A stretch of DNA of 64,000 nt, taken from Batkoa obscura (taxonomy: Eukaryota). A program made the translations under genes and the position numbers. The stretch covers positions 806,001-870,000 of the forward strand of contig JASVEC010000010.1 in the NCBI GenBank assembly GCA_030770535.1. The letters run 5' to 3'. Below, in pieces: positions 29,534-41,839 of this stretch (positions within the stretch are counted from its first letter, which is position 1; every line of letters begins with the position of its first letter). Below the pieces are notes generated by a model, which was not told the DNA's origin, did no database searches, and worked only from the letters and a program-made list of their open reading frames with translations.

Positions 29534-29621
29534 ATATTTAAACTAGATTTTAAAATTTTACTTTTAAATATACTTATATATAAAATATAGTTAACTAGTT
29601 TTTAATTAATAAAAGAATATT

Positions 29622-31802
29622 GGGGCTGTCCTAATTGGTTTCAGAATTTACTTAGAAATTAATCCAAATTTTAAATTTTTAAATTTGTGTCTAATGTGAC
29701 GGTTAAATCTAAAAAGCCTAAAATTAAATGTCTCTGTTTAAAACTTATTTTAATTGTTTCCTTTTCTTAAATAGCTAATTTTCCTAACTATATATTTTAT
29801 GTTAGTTCTGTTAGATATTTAACAGATATATAATATATAACTATATGATTATATAATTATATAAATACATTTATTTGACTTTATTTTTTGTTGAAATAAA
29901 AATAAAATGCAAACTTTCATAACTAAACTTCCAAATGGAATTTTTGAAAACTTCAATACAATAGGGAGGAGTACACAATATAAACATTGTAATTCATTTA
30001 CATCAATTTTAAGAGCTACTTATAACAACCCAAGTTTTATGGAATTTTATAATAAAACAAAACAAAGAAAAGATATATTATCAAAGTTTACTATTGATAA
30101 TAATAAACTTAATCAAGTAATGTATAAAATTAGTGTTTTGAGGGAAACAGGAAATAAAAATCAGCAAGTAGCGTTATTATCAGCTATAGCTTCAGTATAT
30201 TCTTTTGATCAATGTAAGAGTTTTGGGTTTAATATAAATAGAAATCAATATGATTATTCAAAAACAAGTAATAATAATAAAATATCAACATTAAAACCTA
30301 TTATTAAAAATACAAAAAAAATTAAAGATGACCAAATTGAAACTATTATACAATATTTACTAAATGATTCAACTATTTCATCAAGATTTAATAAAAAAAA
30401 TAACGATAGTAAATATTCATCAGATAATATATATATATTAAATAAAAGTAGAACAATGATATATAGTAAATATTTGAATGATCTAAGAGATAAAGCAGTA
30501 GCCAGGTCAACGTTCTTTAAATATATACCAAGTAATTTCAAAAATCCAGCAAGAAAAACGGATCTATGTAATATATGTACCCAGTATACAGTTAGAAAAA
30601 AGTTATTTGAAAATAAAATAAATACAGCAAAAAACAAAGCAGAGATAGAAGAAATTTTCAACGAAGAAGAAAAGTTATACAAATTACATAAATTCTGTGT
30701 TGATACTCAAAAAAACACATTTAATGAAACTATCAAAAAATTAAATAACAAAAGTTGTATAATAGTTTTAGATTTTAAACAAAATATGGAAATAGGGACA
30801 AGACCAGATTCAATAAATCTAGATCATTATAATAAACAAGCTATATCAGTATTAGGCTTTGGTGTATTATATTTAAAAGATGATAAAACAATAGTCAAAG
30901 TTTACTTTGATTATTTATCTGAAATATTGAATCATGATTCAGCATATGCAGGAGATTGTCTAATCAATTTGATCTCTACAGAGCTTCTATTTAAAAAGTT
31001 TACAAAAATTAATATATGGGCAGATACAGTAAATCATTTTAGATCCCAAGAGTTCTTACATTATATGTTTAAAGAAATTCATAAAATAAATAGTAGTTTG
31101 AATGTTAATCTTAATTTTTTTGCTGAGCATCATGGAAAAAGTATAGTTGATGGACATATTGGAAACCTTTCAAAATGGAAAAGTAGTTTTGAAGCGTTAG
31201 GTAAAATAGAAGATATCGATCAATTAATTTCAAGATTTGAGGCTTTTATTTGCGAGCATAATAAAATTAATAACTCGACTGTTAATAATGGGAAAACAGA
31301 TATAATTTTTAAAAAGTATAAAAGAAACAAAAATACAAAAAGAATAATAGAGATGCAGGGCATTAAGAAGTATTTACACTTTATTAAACATAACAATAAA
31401 CTACATTGTTATCCAGTATCTGATACATCAAAAAAAAGCGATATAGTCCCAATTAAAGTTATAGAGTCTATAGAAAACAGAAAAATTAAAAGATCGATCC
31501 CAGCTTACCTTATGAAGATAACAGAGAATTTAAAAATTTCGATATTTACTAAGCAAGTAAGTAGTTTGTTGAATGATAGAAATAGATTGTTAAATGTTAG
31601 GATTACTTAAGTTATTAATAGATAAGTTAATAAATAGTCAAAGAACAAATAACTGTAATAATATGTAAAAACTATTATTACTTGTACTATATAGAGATAG
31701 TTAATTGTAGTTCTGGGGCTAACCACTCCCTCCCATGCAGCTATTTATTAACTTGGCAATATATTAATAATGTAATTATAACATTAAAGTAGTTTATTTA
31801 TT
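29622..31802 (+). mobile_element. Sola-like DNA transposon copy A: intact ORF, right end lost in the palindrome junction
   Basis: Left TIR GGGGCTGTCCTAATTGGTTTCA; near-identical to copies B, C and D. Confidence 0.85.
29907..31610 (+). CDS. DDD transposase, 567 aa, Sola2-like
   Basis: CxxC...H region (TDLCNIC...LHKFC); three acidic motifs VLDFKQN / IWADTVNHF / HHGKSIVDG; lies within an element whose complete copy (C) has TIRs and a 4-bp TSD. Superfamily assigned by motif recall only. Confidence 0.8.
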   Translation: MQTFITKLPNGIFENFNTIGRSTQYKHCNSFTSILRATYNNPSFMEFYNKTKQRKDILSKFTIDNNKLNQVMYKISVLRETGNKNQQVALLSAIASVYSFDQCKSFGFNINRNQYDYSKTSNNNKISTLKPIIKNTKKIKDDQIETIIQYLLNDSTISSRFNKKNNDSKYSSDNIYILNKSRTMIYSKYLNDLRDKAVARSTFFKYIPSNFKNPARKTDLCNICTQYTVRKKLFENKINTAKNKAEIEEIFNEEEKLYKLHKFCVDTQKNTFNETIKKLNNKSCIIVLDFKQNMEIGTRPDSINLDHYNKQAISVLGFGVLYLKDDKTIVKVYFDYLSEILNHDSAYAGDCLINLISTELLFKKFTKINIWADTVNHFRSQEFLHYMFKEIHKINSSLNVNLNFFAEHHGKSIVDGHIGNLSKWKSSFEALGKIEDIDQLISRFEAFICEHNKINNSTVNNGKTDIIFKKYKRNKNTKRIIEMQGIKKYLHFIKHNNKLHCYPVSDTSKKSDIVPIKVIESIENRKIKRSIPAYLMKITENLKISIFTKQVSSLLNDRNRLLNVRIT

Positions 31803-31806
31803 ATCA

Positions 31807-34559
31807 AATAAATAAACTACTTTAATGTTATAATTACATTATTAATATATTGCCAAGTTAATAAATAGCTGTATGGGAGGGAGTGGTCAGCCCCAAAACT
31901 ATAATTAACCATCCCTATATAGTACAAGTAATAATAGTCTTTACATATTATTACAGTTATTTGTTCTTTGACTATTTATTAACTTATATATTAATAACTT
32001 AAGTAATCCTAACATTTAACAATCTATTTCTATCATTCAACAAACTACTTACTTGCTTAGTAAATATCGAAATTTTTAAATTCTCTGTTATCTTCATAAG
32101 GTAAGCTGGGATCGATCTTTTAATTTTTCTGTTTTCTATAGACTCTATAACTTTAATTGGGACTATATCGCTTTTTTTTGATGTATCAGATACTGGATAA
32201 CAATGTAGTTTATTGTTATGTTTAATAAAGTGTAAATACTTCTTAATGCCCTGCATCTCTATTATTCTTTTTGTATTTTTGTTTCTTTTATACTTTTTAA
32301 AAATTATATCTGTTTTCCCATTATTAACAGTCGAGTTATTAATTTTATTATGCTCGCAAATAAAAGCCTCAAATCTTGAAATTAATTGATCGATATCTTC
32401 TATTTTACCTAACGCTTCAAAACTACTTTTCCATTTTGAAAGGTTTCCAATATGTCCATCAACTATACTTTTTCCATGATGCTCAGCAAAAAAATTAAGA
32501 TTAACATTCAAACTACTATTTATTTTATGAATTTCTTTAAACATATAATGTAAGAACTCTTGGGATCTAAAATGATTTACTGTATCTGCCCATATATTAA
32601 TTTTTGTAAACTTTTTAAATAGAAGCTCTGTAGAGATCAAATTGATTAGACAATCTTCTGCATATGGGGATGTTTTTTTTTGGTTTCATTACTTTTTCCA
32701 TTTTTTAAGCGCTATTTGAGCAGAAAGATTGTTAGTAAAGTTCTTAGACAAAAAAATACATCCCCACATGCTGAATCATGATTCAATATTTCAGATAAAT
32801 AATCAAAGTAAACTTTGACTATTGTTTTATCATCTTTTAAATATAATACACCAAAGCCTAATACTGATATAGCTTGTTTATTATAATGATCTAGATTTAT
32901 TGAATCTGGTCTTGTCCCTATTTCCATATTTTGTTTAAAATCTAAAACTATTATACAACTTTTGTTATTTAATTTTTTGATAGTTTCATTAAATGTGTTT
33001 TTTTGAGTATCAACACAGAATTTATGTAATTTGTATAACTTTTCTTCTTCGTTGAAAATTTCTTCTATCTCTGCTTTGTTTTTTGCTGTATTTATTTTAT
33101 TTTCAAATAACTTTTTTCTAACTGTATACTGGGTACATATATTACATAGATCCGTTTTTCTTGCTGGATTTTTGAAATTACTTGGTATATATTTAAAGAA
33201 CGTTGACCTGGCTACTGCTTTATCTCTTAGATCATTCAAATATTTACTATATATCATTGTTCTACTTTTATTTAATATATATATATTATCTGATGAATAT
33301 TTACTATCGTTATTTTTTTTATTAAATCTTGATGAAATAGTTGAATCATTTAGTAAATATTGTATAATAGTTTCAATTTGGTCATCTTTAATTTTTTTTG
33401 TATTTTTAATAATAGGTTTTAATGTTGATATTTTATTATTATTACTTGTTTTTGAATAATCATATTGATTTCTATTTATATTAAACCCAAAACTCTTACA
33501 TTGATCAAAAGAATATACTGAAGCTATAGCTGATAATAACGCTACTTGCTGATTTTTATTTCCTGTTTCCCTCAAAACACTAATTTTATACATTACTTGA
33601 TTAAGTTTATTATTATCAATAGTAAACTTTGATAATATATCTTTTCTTTGTTTTGTTTTATTATAAAATTCCATAAAACTTGGGTTGTTATAAGTAGCTT
33701 TTAAAATTGATGTAAATGAATTACAATGTTTATATTGTGTACTCCTCCCTATTGTATTGAAGTTTTCAAAAATTCCATTTGGAAGTTTAGTTATGAAAGT
33801 TTGCATTTTATTTTTATTTCAACAAAAAATAAAGTCAAATAAATGTATTTATATAATTATATAATCATATAGTTATATATTATATATCTGTTAAATATCT
33901 AACAGAACTAACATAAAATATATAGTTAGGAAAATTAGCTATTTAAGAAAAGGAAACAATTAAAATAAGTTTTAAACAGAGACATTTAATTTTAGGCTTT
34001 TTAGATTTAACCGTCACATTAGACACAAGTTTAGAAACTTGAAATTTGGATTAATTTCTAAGTTGTGAAATATCGCTTTGTCAGTTCCATGGTTAATTAT
34101 AACATAACAATCGCCTAAGCTGTTGTGTTCTCGAGTTCAGAGGAAATCAATCCCATGTTCTTATTTTGATTTGTTATGAGAATTTCTAGCTCCATCCAAA
34201 AGAATATTATCTTCTCATTTTGATATTTATACTTTTCAGAGTATAAAAGAGTTTACAGAGTATAATAGCTCGAGGCTTTTTAATTGAATTATTCTTTGAT
34301 ACCTCCAACATTTAATAAAGCCACTAAGTTTTCTTAATAGTATTTTACATAGGTTTTACATTAGTATTGTCTATTGTATTTATCTTATATAGTCTGTAGC
34401 CTATTGCGTGCTATTCTTTATAATCCAAGTCTATCTTAGTCACATAAACTAAGACCTTTTGACTTATAGTGTAGTCAACCCAGCAATAGCTGTTCTTGAC
34501 TCCAAACCCTGAGTACCAGATTTCACAAAGTAAATTCTGAAACCAATTCGGACAACCCC
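31807..34559 (-). mobile_element. Sola-like copy B (inverted): ORF split by a MITE, left end interrupted by a solo LTR
   Basis: Reverse complement of copy A plus insertions at 32666-32765 and 34064-34527; terminus GGGGTTGTCCGAATTGGTTTCA. Confidence 0.85.
34064..34527 (+). mobile_element. Solo-LTR-like element, 464 bp
   Basis: TGTGAAAT...ATTTCACA ends, 4-bp TSD AAGT confirmed against the empty site in copies A/C/D, TATAAAA at 34242, AATAAA at 34314. A short-TIR non-autonomous DNA element is an alternative reading. Confidence 0.7.
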
Positions 34560-34699
34560 ATATATTAGTATTAGCACTAATGTTTTTTATTTAGTTTTAA
34601 TATATAAAATGTTATTTAAGTTATTAATAGGCCAAGCTAATAAATAATTAAAAAGCAAATAATTCTAATAGTAAGTAAAATTTATTATATTATTTACGT

Positions 34700-35003
34700 T
34701 GTAAAAAAATAATCAGCTATAGTTTTAGAGGTAATTATTCTCTTTTATGCAGCTACTTATTAACTTGATAACACATTAAGAATGCAATTATAGTATTAGC
34801 ATATAGGCTATCTTAATAAACCCTTTGCTAGTAAAGCAATTTTTGTTAAATTTAATGGAAGTTCTACTAACTTACAATATAAATTAAAGTACTTTAAAAC
34901 TATATTAAAGTACTTTTTTTAACAAAAAGTTTATTTTTATAAAACTCAAGCAGAGTTTTTGAAATACAAAATTTTTAAAAATCAGATAAAAAATGAAACT
35001 AAC
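34700..35003 (+). mobile_element. Degenerate 3' end of the Sola-like element
   Basis: Aligns by eye to the 3' non-coding region of copy C; ends AAATGAAACTAA inside the right TIR, where the LTR-like element begins. Confidence 0.65.
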
Positions 35004-35573
35004 TGTGAAATCTTGGTATTCAGTATTTGAAGTCAAAAACAGCTGGGGATGTATTTTTGTGTTTAAGAATTTTACTAACAAATTTTCCACTCAAATAGTG
35101 CTTAAAAGATGGAAAAAGTGATGAAGCCAAAAAAAACATCCCCAGCTATTTCCTGGTTAATTACACTATAAGTCGAAAGGTCTTAGTTTATGTGGCCAAG
35201 ATAGACTTGGATTATAAAGAATAGCACGCAATAGGCTACAGACTATATAAGATAAATACAATAGACAATACTAATGTAAAACCTATGTAAAATACTATTA
35301 AGAAAACTCAATGGCTTTATTAAATGTACGAAGATATTAGGGAATAATTCAGTTAAAAAAGCCTCGAGCTACTATGTTCTAAAATCTCTTTTATACTCTA
35401 ACAAGTATAGATATTAACACGAAATGATAATATTCTTTGAGACGAAGATAGAAATTTTCATAACAAATCAAAATAAGAACATGGGATTGATTTCCTCTGA
35501 ACTCGAGAACACAACAGCTTAGGCGATTGCTATGTTATAATTAACCATGGAGCTGACAAAACGATATTTCACA
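35004..35573 (-). mobile_element. Solo-LTR-like copy 2, carrying a MITE at 35045-35143 (TSD AGCT)
   Basis: Reverse-complement similarity to 34064-34527 on both sides of the MITE; TGTGAAAT/ATTTCACA ends; no TSD. Confidence 0.7.
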
Positions 35574-35597
35574 GCGTTTAATATAAATAAAATATAT

Positions 35598-35958
35598 GGG
35601 GATGTATTTTTGTGTTTAAGAATTTTACTAACAAATTTTCCGCTTGAATAGCGCTTAAAAGGTGGAAAAAGTAATGAAATCAAAAAAATCATCCCCATAT
35701 GTTCTAGTTTTGCAATATTAAAAATATTTAAAAGTAGTTATAAGAAACAATTGGTGACTTTGATTTAATATACCACTTAACTAGATAATATTTACTAGAA
35801 ATTATAATAAATAAATAAATTACCCACTTTTTAAATTGATCTTTTAAACACAATATATGGGAGTGTTTTTTTTTGGCTTCATCACTTTTTCCATCTTTTA
35901 AGCACTATTTGAGTGGAAAATTTGTTAGTAAAATTCTTAAACACAAAAATACATCCCC
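35598..35958. mobile_element. Two MITEs in opposite orientation (35598-35696 +, 35859-35958 -), each with TSD ATAT
   Basis: Termini and TSDs read directly from the sequence. Confidence 0.85.
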
Positions 35959-35970
35959 ATATTTTTATAT

Positions 35971-38513
35971 GGGGCTGTCCTAATTGGTTTCAGAATTTAC
36001 TTAGAAATTAATCCAAATTTTAAATTTTTAAATTTGTGTCTAATGTGACGGTTAAATCTAAAAAGCCTAAAATTAAATGTCTCTGTTTAAAACTTATTTT
36101 AATTGTTTCCTTTTTTTAAATAGCTAATTTTCCTAACTATATATTTTATGTTAGTTCTGTTAGATATTTAACAGATATATAATATATAACTATATGATTA
36201 TATAATTATATAAATACATTTATTTGACTTTATTTTTTGTTGAAATAAAAATAAAATGCAAACTTTCATAACTAAACTTCCAAATGGAATTTTTGAAAAC
36301 TTCAATACAATAGGGAGGAGTACACAATATAAACATTGTAATTCATTTACATCAATTTTAAAAGCTACTTATAACAACCCAAGTTTTATGGAATTTTATA
36401 ATAAAACAAAACAAAGAAAAGATATATTATCAAAGTTTACTATCGATAATAATAAACTTAATCAAGTAATGTATAAAATTAGTGTTTTGAGGGAAACAGG
36501 AAATAAAAATCAGCAAGTAGCGTTATTATCAGCTATAGCTTCAGTATATTCTTTTGATCAATGTAAGAGTTTTGGGTTTAATATAAATAGAAATCAATAT
36601 GATTATTCAAAAACAAGTAATAATAATAAAATATCAACATTAAAACCTATTATTAAAAATACAAAAAAAATTAAAGATGACCAAATTGAAACTATTATAC
36701 AATATTTACTAAATGATTCAACTATTTCATCAAGATTTAATAAAAAAAATAACGATAGTAAATATTCATCAGATAATATATATATATTAAATAAAAGTAG
36801 AACAATGATATATAGTAAATATTTGAATGATCTAAGAGATAAAGCAGTAGCCAGGTCAACGTTCTTTAAATATATACCAAGTAATTTCAAAAATCCAGCA
36901 AGAAAAACGGATCTATGTAATATATGTACCCAGTATACAGTTAGAAAAAAGTTATTTGAAAATAAAATAAATACAGCAAAAAACAAAGCAGAGATAGAAG
37001 AAATTTTCAACGAAGAAGAAAAGTTATACAAATTACATAAATTCTGTGTTGATACTCAAAAAAACACATTTAATGAAACTATCAAAAAATTAAATAACAA
37101 AAGTTGTATAATAGTTTTAGATTTTAAACAAAATATGGAAATAGGGACAAGACCAGATTCAATAAATCTAGATCATTATAATAAACAAGCTATATCAGTA
37201 TTAGGCTTTGGTGTATTATATTTAAAAGATGATAAAACAATAGTCAAAGTTTACTTTGATTATTTATCTGAAATATTGAATCATGATTCAGCATGTGGGG
37301 ATGTATTTTTTTGTCTAAGAACTTTACTAACAATCTTTCTGCTCAAATAGCGCTTAAAAAATGGAAAAAGTAATGAAACCAAAAAAAACATCCCCATATG
37401 CAGAAGATTGTCTAATCAATTTGATCTCTACAGAGCTTCTATTTAAAAAGTTTACAAAAATTAATATATGGGCAGATACAGTAAATCATTTTAGATCCCA
37501 AGAGTTCTTACATTATATGTTTAAAGAAATTCATAAAATAAATAGTAGTTTGAATGTTAATCTTAATTTTTTTGCTGAGCATCATGGAAAAAGTATAGTT
37601 GATGGACATATTGGAAACCTTTCAAAATGGAAAAGTAGTTTTGAAGCGTTAGGTAAAATAGAAGATATCGATCAATTAATTTCAAGATTTGAGGCTTTTA
37701 TTTGCGAGCATAATAAAATTAATAACTCGACTGTTAATAATGGGAAAACAGATATAATTTTTAAAAAGTATAAAAGAAACAAAAATACAAAAAGAATAAT
37801 AGAGATGCAGGGCATTAAGAAGTATTTACACTTTATTAAACATAACAATAAACTACATTGTTATCCAGTATCTGATACATCAAAAAAAAGCGATATAGTC
37901 CCAATTAAAGTTATAGAGTCTATAGAAAACAGAAAAATTAAAAGATCGATCCCAGCTTACCTTATGAAGATAACAGAGAATTTAAAAATTTCGATATTTA
38001 CTAAGCAAGTAAGTAGTTTGTTGAATGATAGAAATAGATTGTTAAATGTTAGGATTACTTAAGTTATTAATATATAAGTTAATAAATAGTCAAAGAACAA
38101 ATAACTGTAATAATATGTAAAAACTATTATTACTTGTACTATATAGAGATAGTTAATTGTAGTTCTGGGGCTAACCACTCCCTCCCATGCAGCTATTTAT
38201 TAACTTGGCAATATATTAATAATGTAATTATAACATTAAAGTAGTTTATTTATTTGATAATAAATATACAATGTTGGTTATAAAGCAGTTGATAATAAAT
38301 ATTTCTCAATTAAGCTTTATAAGAACATGTATTTAAGATCTAGTAGAAATTCAACTAACTTACAGTATGAGCTATAATATAATGGTTTAGAACTGTGTTT
38401 GGGTACTTTTGTTTTAATAAAAAGATGTGATTTTATAGAATTTTAAGCGAAGTTTTTAAAATACAAATTTTTTAAAAATTGGATAAAATAATGAAACTAA
38501 TTCAGACAACCCC
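35971..38513 (+). mobile_element. Sola-like copy C: both TIRs, TSD ATAT, ORF split by a MITE
   Basis: atat|GGGGCTGTCCTAATTGGTTTCA ... TGAAACTAATTCAGACAACCCC|atat; ORF halves 36256-37350 and 37361-38062. Confidence 0.9.
37297..37395 (+). mobile_element. 99-bp MITE inside the transposase gene (same insertion at 32666-32765 and 49961-50059)
   Basis: Empty site GC-ATAT-GC in copy A; filled site GC-ATGT-[GGGGATGT...ACATCCCC]-ATAT-GC. Confidence 0.92.
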
Positions 38514-41500
38514 ATATTCTATTTGCTATTTGACAATATTTTGGATTTAAATTGTGAATTTGTATTGACAGTTAGAGTTGACTTATTTTTCGATTAAGCT
38601 AAGCTGAACTAAGTTATACATCTATAGCATGTATTTTGTTTCAGTCTAACCTAATTTTAAAATTGACTTTACTGATAAAACTATTAATATCCATATCTTG
38701 TTCATTTTTACTTGGTTTGTTTATGTTTAATTAACAACATTTTACATTTTATATTTATAATAATAAAAATAGTTCAATTACAAACAATAAAACTTTATTA
38801 AATTAATATTCTTGTTATTTACCTTTTTAAATTATTCTTTATTCAAATTAAACACGTTTAGCTATTTAGCACCAAAAATAATGTTTATAAGCTCAAAAGC
38901 CTTAAATTTAAATTGTATAGATGTGTTTTTTTTTGGCTTCATTATTTTTCTATCTTTAGTGGAAAAATTATTAGAAAATTCTTAAACATGAAAATACATC
39001 CTCCTCAATGTTTCTATGTAATCAAACAAAACTTTATTAATTAATCAAGATTTCCTGAGTTTTGAAATAATATGCGTGTTTTTTAGTTATTCACGTTTTT
39101 TTAAAGTTATATTTTTAAAATAGCCCTGTAGTGGCTCCCAATATATAATAAAAGCGTTTTTGTCTACGAAACAAAAGGTTATTTTCTCTCATTTTTCAAT
39201 TTAATTTTGATTTCAATTTTTAATTACTTTTTTATGGTAATTTGGTTTAAGACGATTGATATTTACCTTTCCACTTTTAAACTAAGTAAATCTGATACAG
39301 CTCTTAAATTAATCCAAAATTTAAATTTGATGGACCAAAAATTTTATACTTGTAATTTTAGCTTTAGATAATAAGTCAATTTATTTAATAATTTCATTTT
39401 ATCTAAATTCAAACTTTCACTTTATAAAGCTTATTCAACATAATTTGTTACCGCATTTAAGTTTGATTTTAGTATCAACAATTTTTTTACATTTCACTCT
39501 AAAATAAGCTAGTATAAAGCAACTCCCCCCCCCAATATCCAAGTTGGGTTAATATTGAGCTTTATATTGCACTTCTGTTTAAGTTAATTCAGGTTATAAA
39601 AATGATGAAACTGGTAACTTAGAAGCAGATCGAGAAAACTATTCAATACTCTGAATATTTAAATTTATTCAAAAGAAGATATAAGCAAAAAACCATATAC
39701 TTTTATTGTTTTTAAAGCAGTTAGCCACAGTTGATTATTATATCGCTTTTCAGTTTACCTCCTAGATTTAAAAAATTCCTATACTTTTCAAATTGGAAAA
39801 TAACTTAGAAAAATTTAATTTGGCTATTTTATTGTAAAGTTAATCAAAAATTTTAATTGCTTATTAAAAATTCAGTAAAACAATTTCAAAATTTTCTTTA
39901 GTAATTTAGCAAAAGGACTGCTTTTTCTAGAATGTTTCTTTCTATCCTTCCGCCTCAGACAAAGTCCTCAAATCAAAGGTCATAAACCCAGCAGCAAGCC
40001 CTCTCCTCTTCCCCCAGTTAAGTAAAGTCAAAAATCACAAAAAGCTAGAGGTCGAAACTATATACAAAGCTCCCCCCCACTACCTTTCAATTTTATTTTA
40101 TTTTTAAAGTGTTTTTTGAGGCTATGAATTTTACATTCTCCCCTTCCTGGTAAAGTATAATTAAGGAAATTTCTTTAAAGCTCTGGATGGATTTTTTCCC
40201 ATAAGGACTAAAGGCTTTGTGACCAATATAAAGTTAGGGAGGGTCATGTATTTAGATTTTTTGGGGCTTTGATTTTATATATAACTATACTTTACTTTGG
40301 TTATTAAAAAAAACCAAGTTGGAAATCTTTGTAGAATGTAGTTTTATGAGATTGGATAAGCACTTCATTATTTTCCTTGGATCCATCCACCTCAACTTTT
40401 GACATCCAAGCCGCCAACTTTTAAGCTAGGTAAAAAGCTGAGGGGTTCTACAGTTTAGCACGGTAACAAGATACTGTTAAATAAACCTTGAGTTTATCAT
40501 ATGGGGGATGTTTTTTATTTCATCATCATCACTTTTTCCATTTTCAAGCGCTATTCATTTGAGGAGAAAGATTATTGGTAAAATTCTTAACAAAAAATAC
40601 ATCTTTTATATTAATCTGCTTTTTATAAAAGAATGGCTTTTTTCCATTTTAAGAAATAATAGGGGGTGATTGGTTACTTATTTACATGTCAACATTCTCT
40701 AATTTTTTAATTAAGATATCTTCTTAAGGTAAGCTGTGAAGCCCCTGAGACCGAGGCTTCTCATCTAACTTGTATTTGGATTATGTCAATTTTAAGACTT
40801 AAATCTTTTTCGAATCTAACTTCCTCTCCTGGTTCTGGGACTACTGGTCTTCAAACTCAATTTTTTTAAATTTTGTTTTATCTATAATAAACAGTCAGCT
40901 GGGGTGGGTAAAGCCTCCTTGCCTAAATAAAGTGAATTTTAAAGAGTTAGATAGTTTCTTTAGCTGTTTTAGCTTGTGCATAAAGAAGGTAGGGAGGGGG
41001 GGTTATAACTCCTCTGAGCAGTTTGACCCAAGTTTAATAAGTCATTAAATAAATGCTAATTTCTTCAGGTTTTATCATTTTCCCTCTCCTCTAAATCTTA
41101 ATAAATATTGTAATTCGCTTTTATGAGAAAAGAAGTTATAAAATTTGAAACTTATGCACGAAAAAGAACATATAGATCGAGTTTTGTTATACAATGTTCA
41201 AATTTTCTATAATTTTTTTGGGAGGATCCACTCGAAACTTGAGAAACTTAAATTTTTTGGTTTAATTTATAAAATCTTTAAGCTGAAAGTTGAAGTGTGG
41301 TTGGGTATATCCTCTCTTCAAAAATACCCAAATCCAACTAAGTACTTTCCTTGTTGCTAATTTCCTCATTCAGAGTAGATTGTCTCCTATAAAACAAAAA
41401 ACGAAACAAAAAAACAGGTCCAAACCACCTTACACTAATGCTTGAGATACTGTTCCTCTCAACAGACCATCAAAATCCCAAAGAAGTATGTAAGAGGATT

Positions 41501-41839
41501 GGTTTACGGTTTACTGTAATTTTCCAGAAAACCCCCCCCTCTTCTCCCTTCTACTATTCAAAAAAATCAAAAAATACCTTTATTTAAACCCAGTTTTCTA
41601 TTATACTAAGTTAGCCCCAGGATATAGGGCGAGCATTTTTGCTAGAAAACTTTTCAGAAGCTATTAATAAAGATCAAAGTGTTATAATAAAAAACTTGAA
41701 ACAAACTTGGGTTACATCTTAGAAATAGCTAAGCCTCCTCTCTTTCAGCCAAAAACCTCACTTTTCTAACCAAAAATGAACACTCTAAAAAAGTCTCTGA
41801 AGATAACTGAAAATAACCCTTGGTTAAAGAATGATAATG

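Noticed and set aside
30254..30682. 142-aa antisense ORF repeated in each transposon copy
   Set aside because: An F/L/I-rich shadow of the K/N-rich sense strand, repeated only because the element is repeated.
29907..31610. Possible Fanzor/TnpB or other RNA-guided nuclease
   Set aside because: No RuvC-type motifs or C-terminal zinc ribbon seen; the motifs, TIRs and TSD fit a DDD transposase, and the element has no second ORF.
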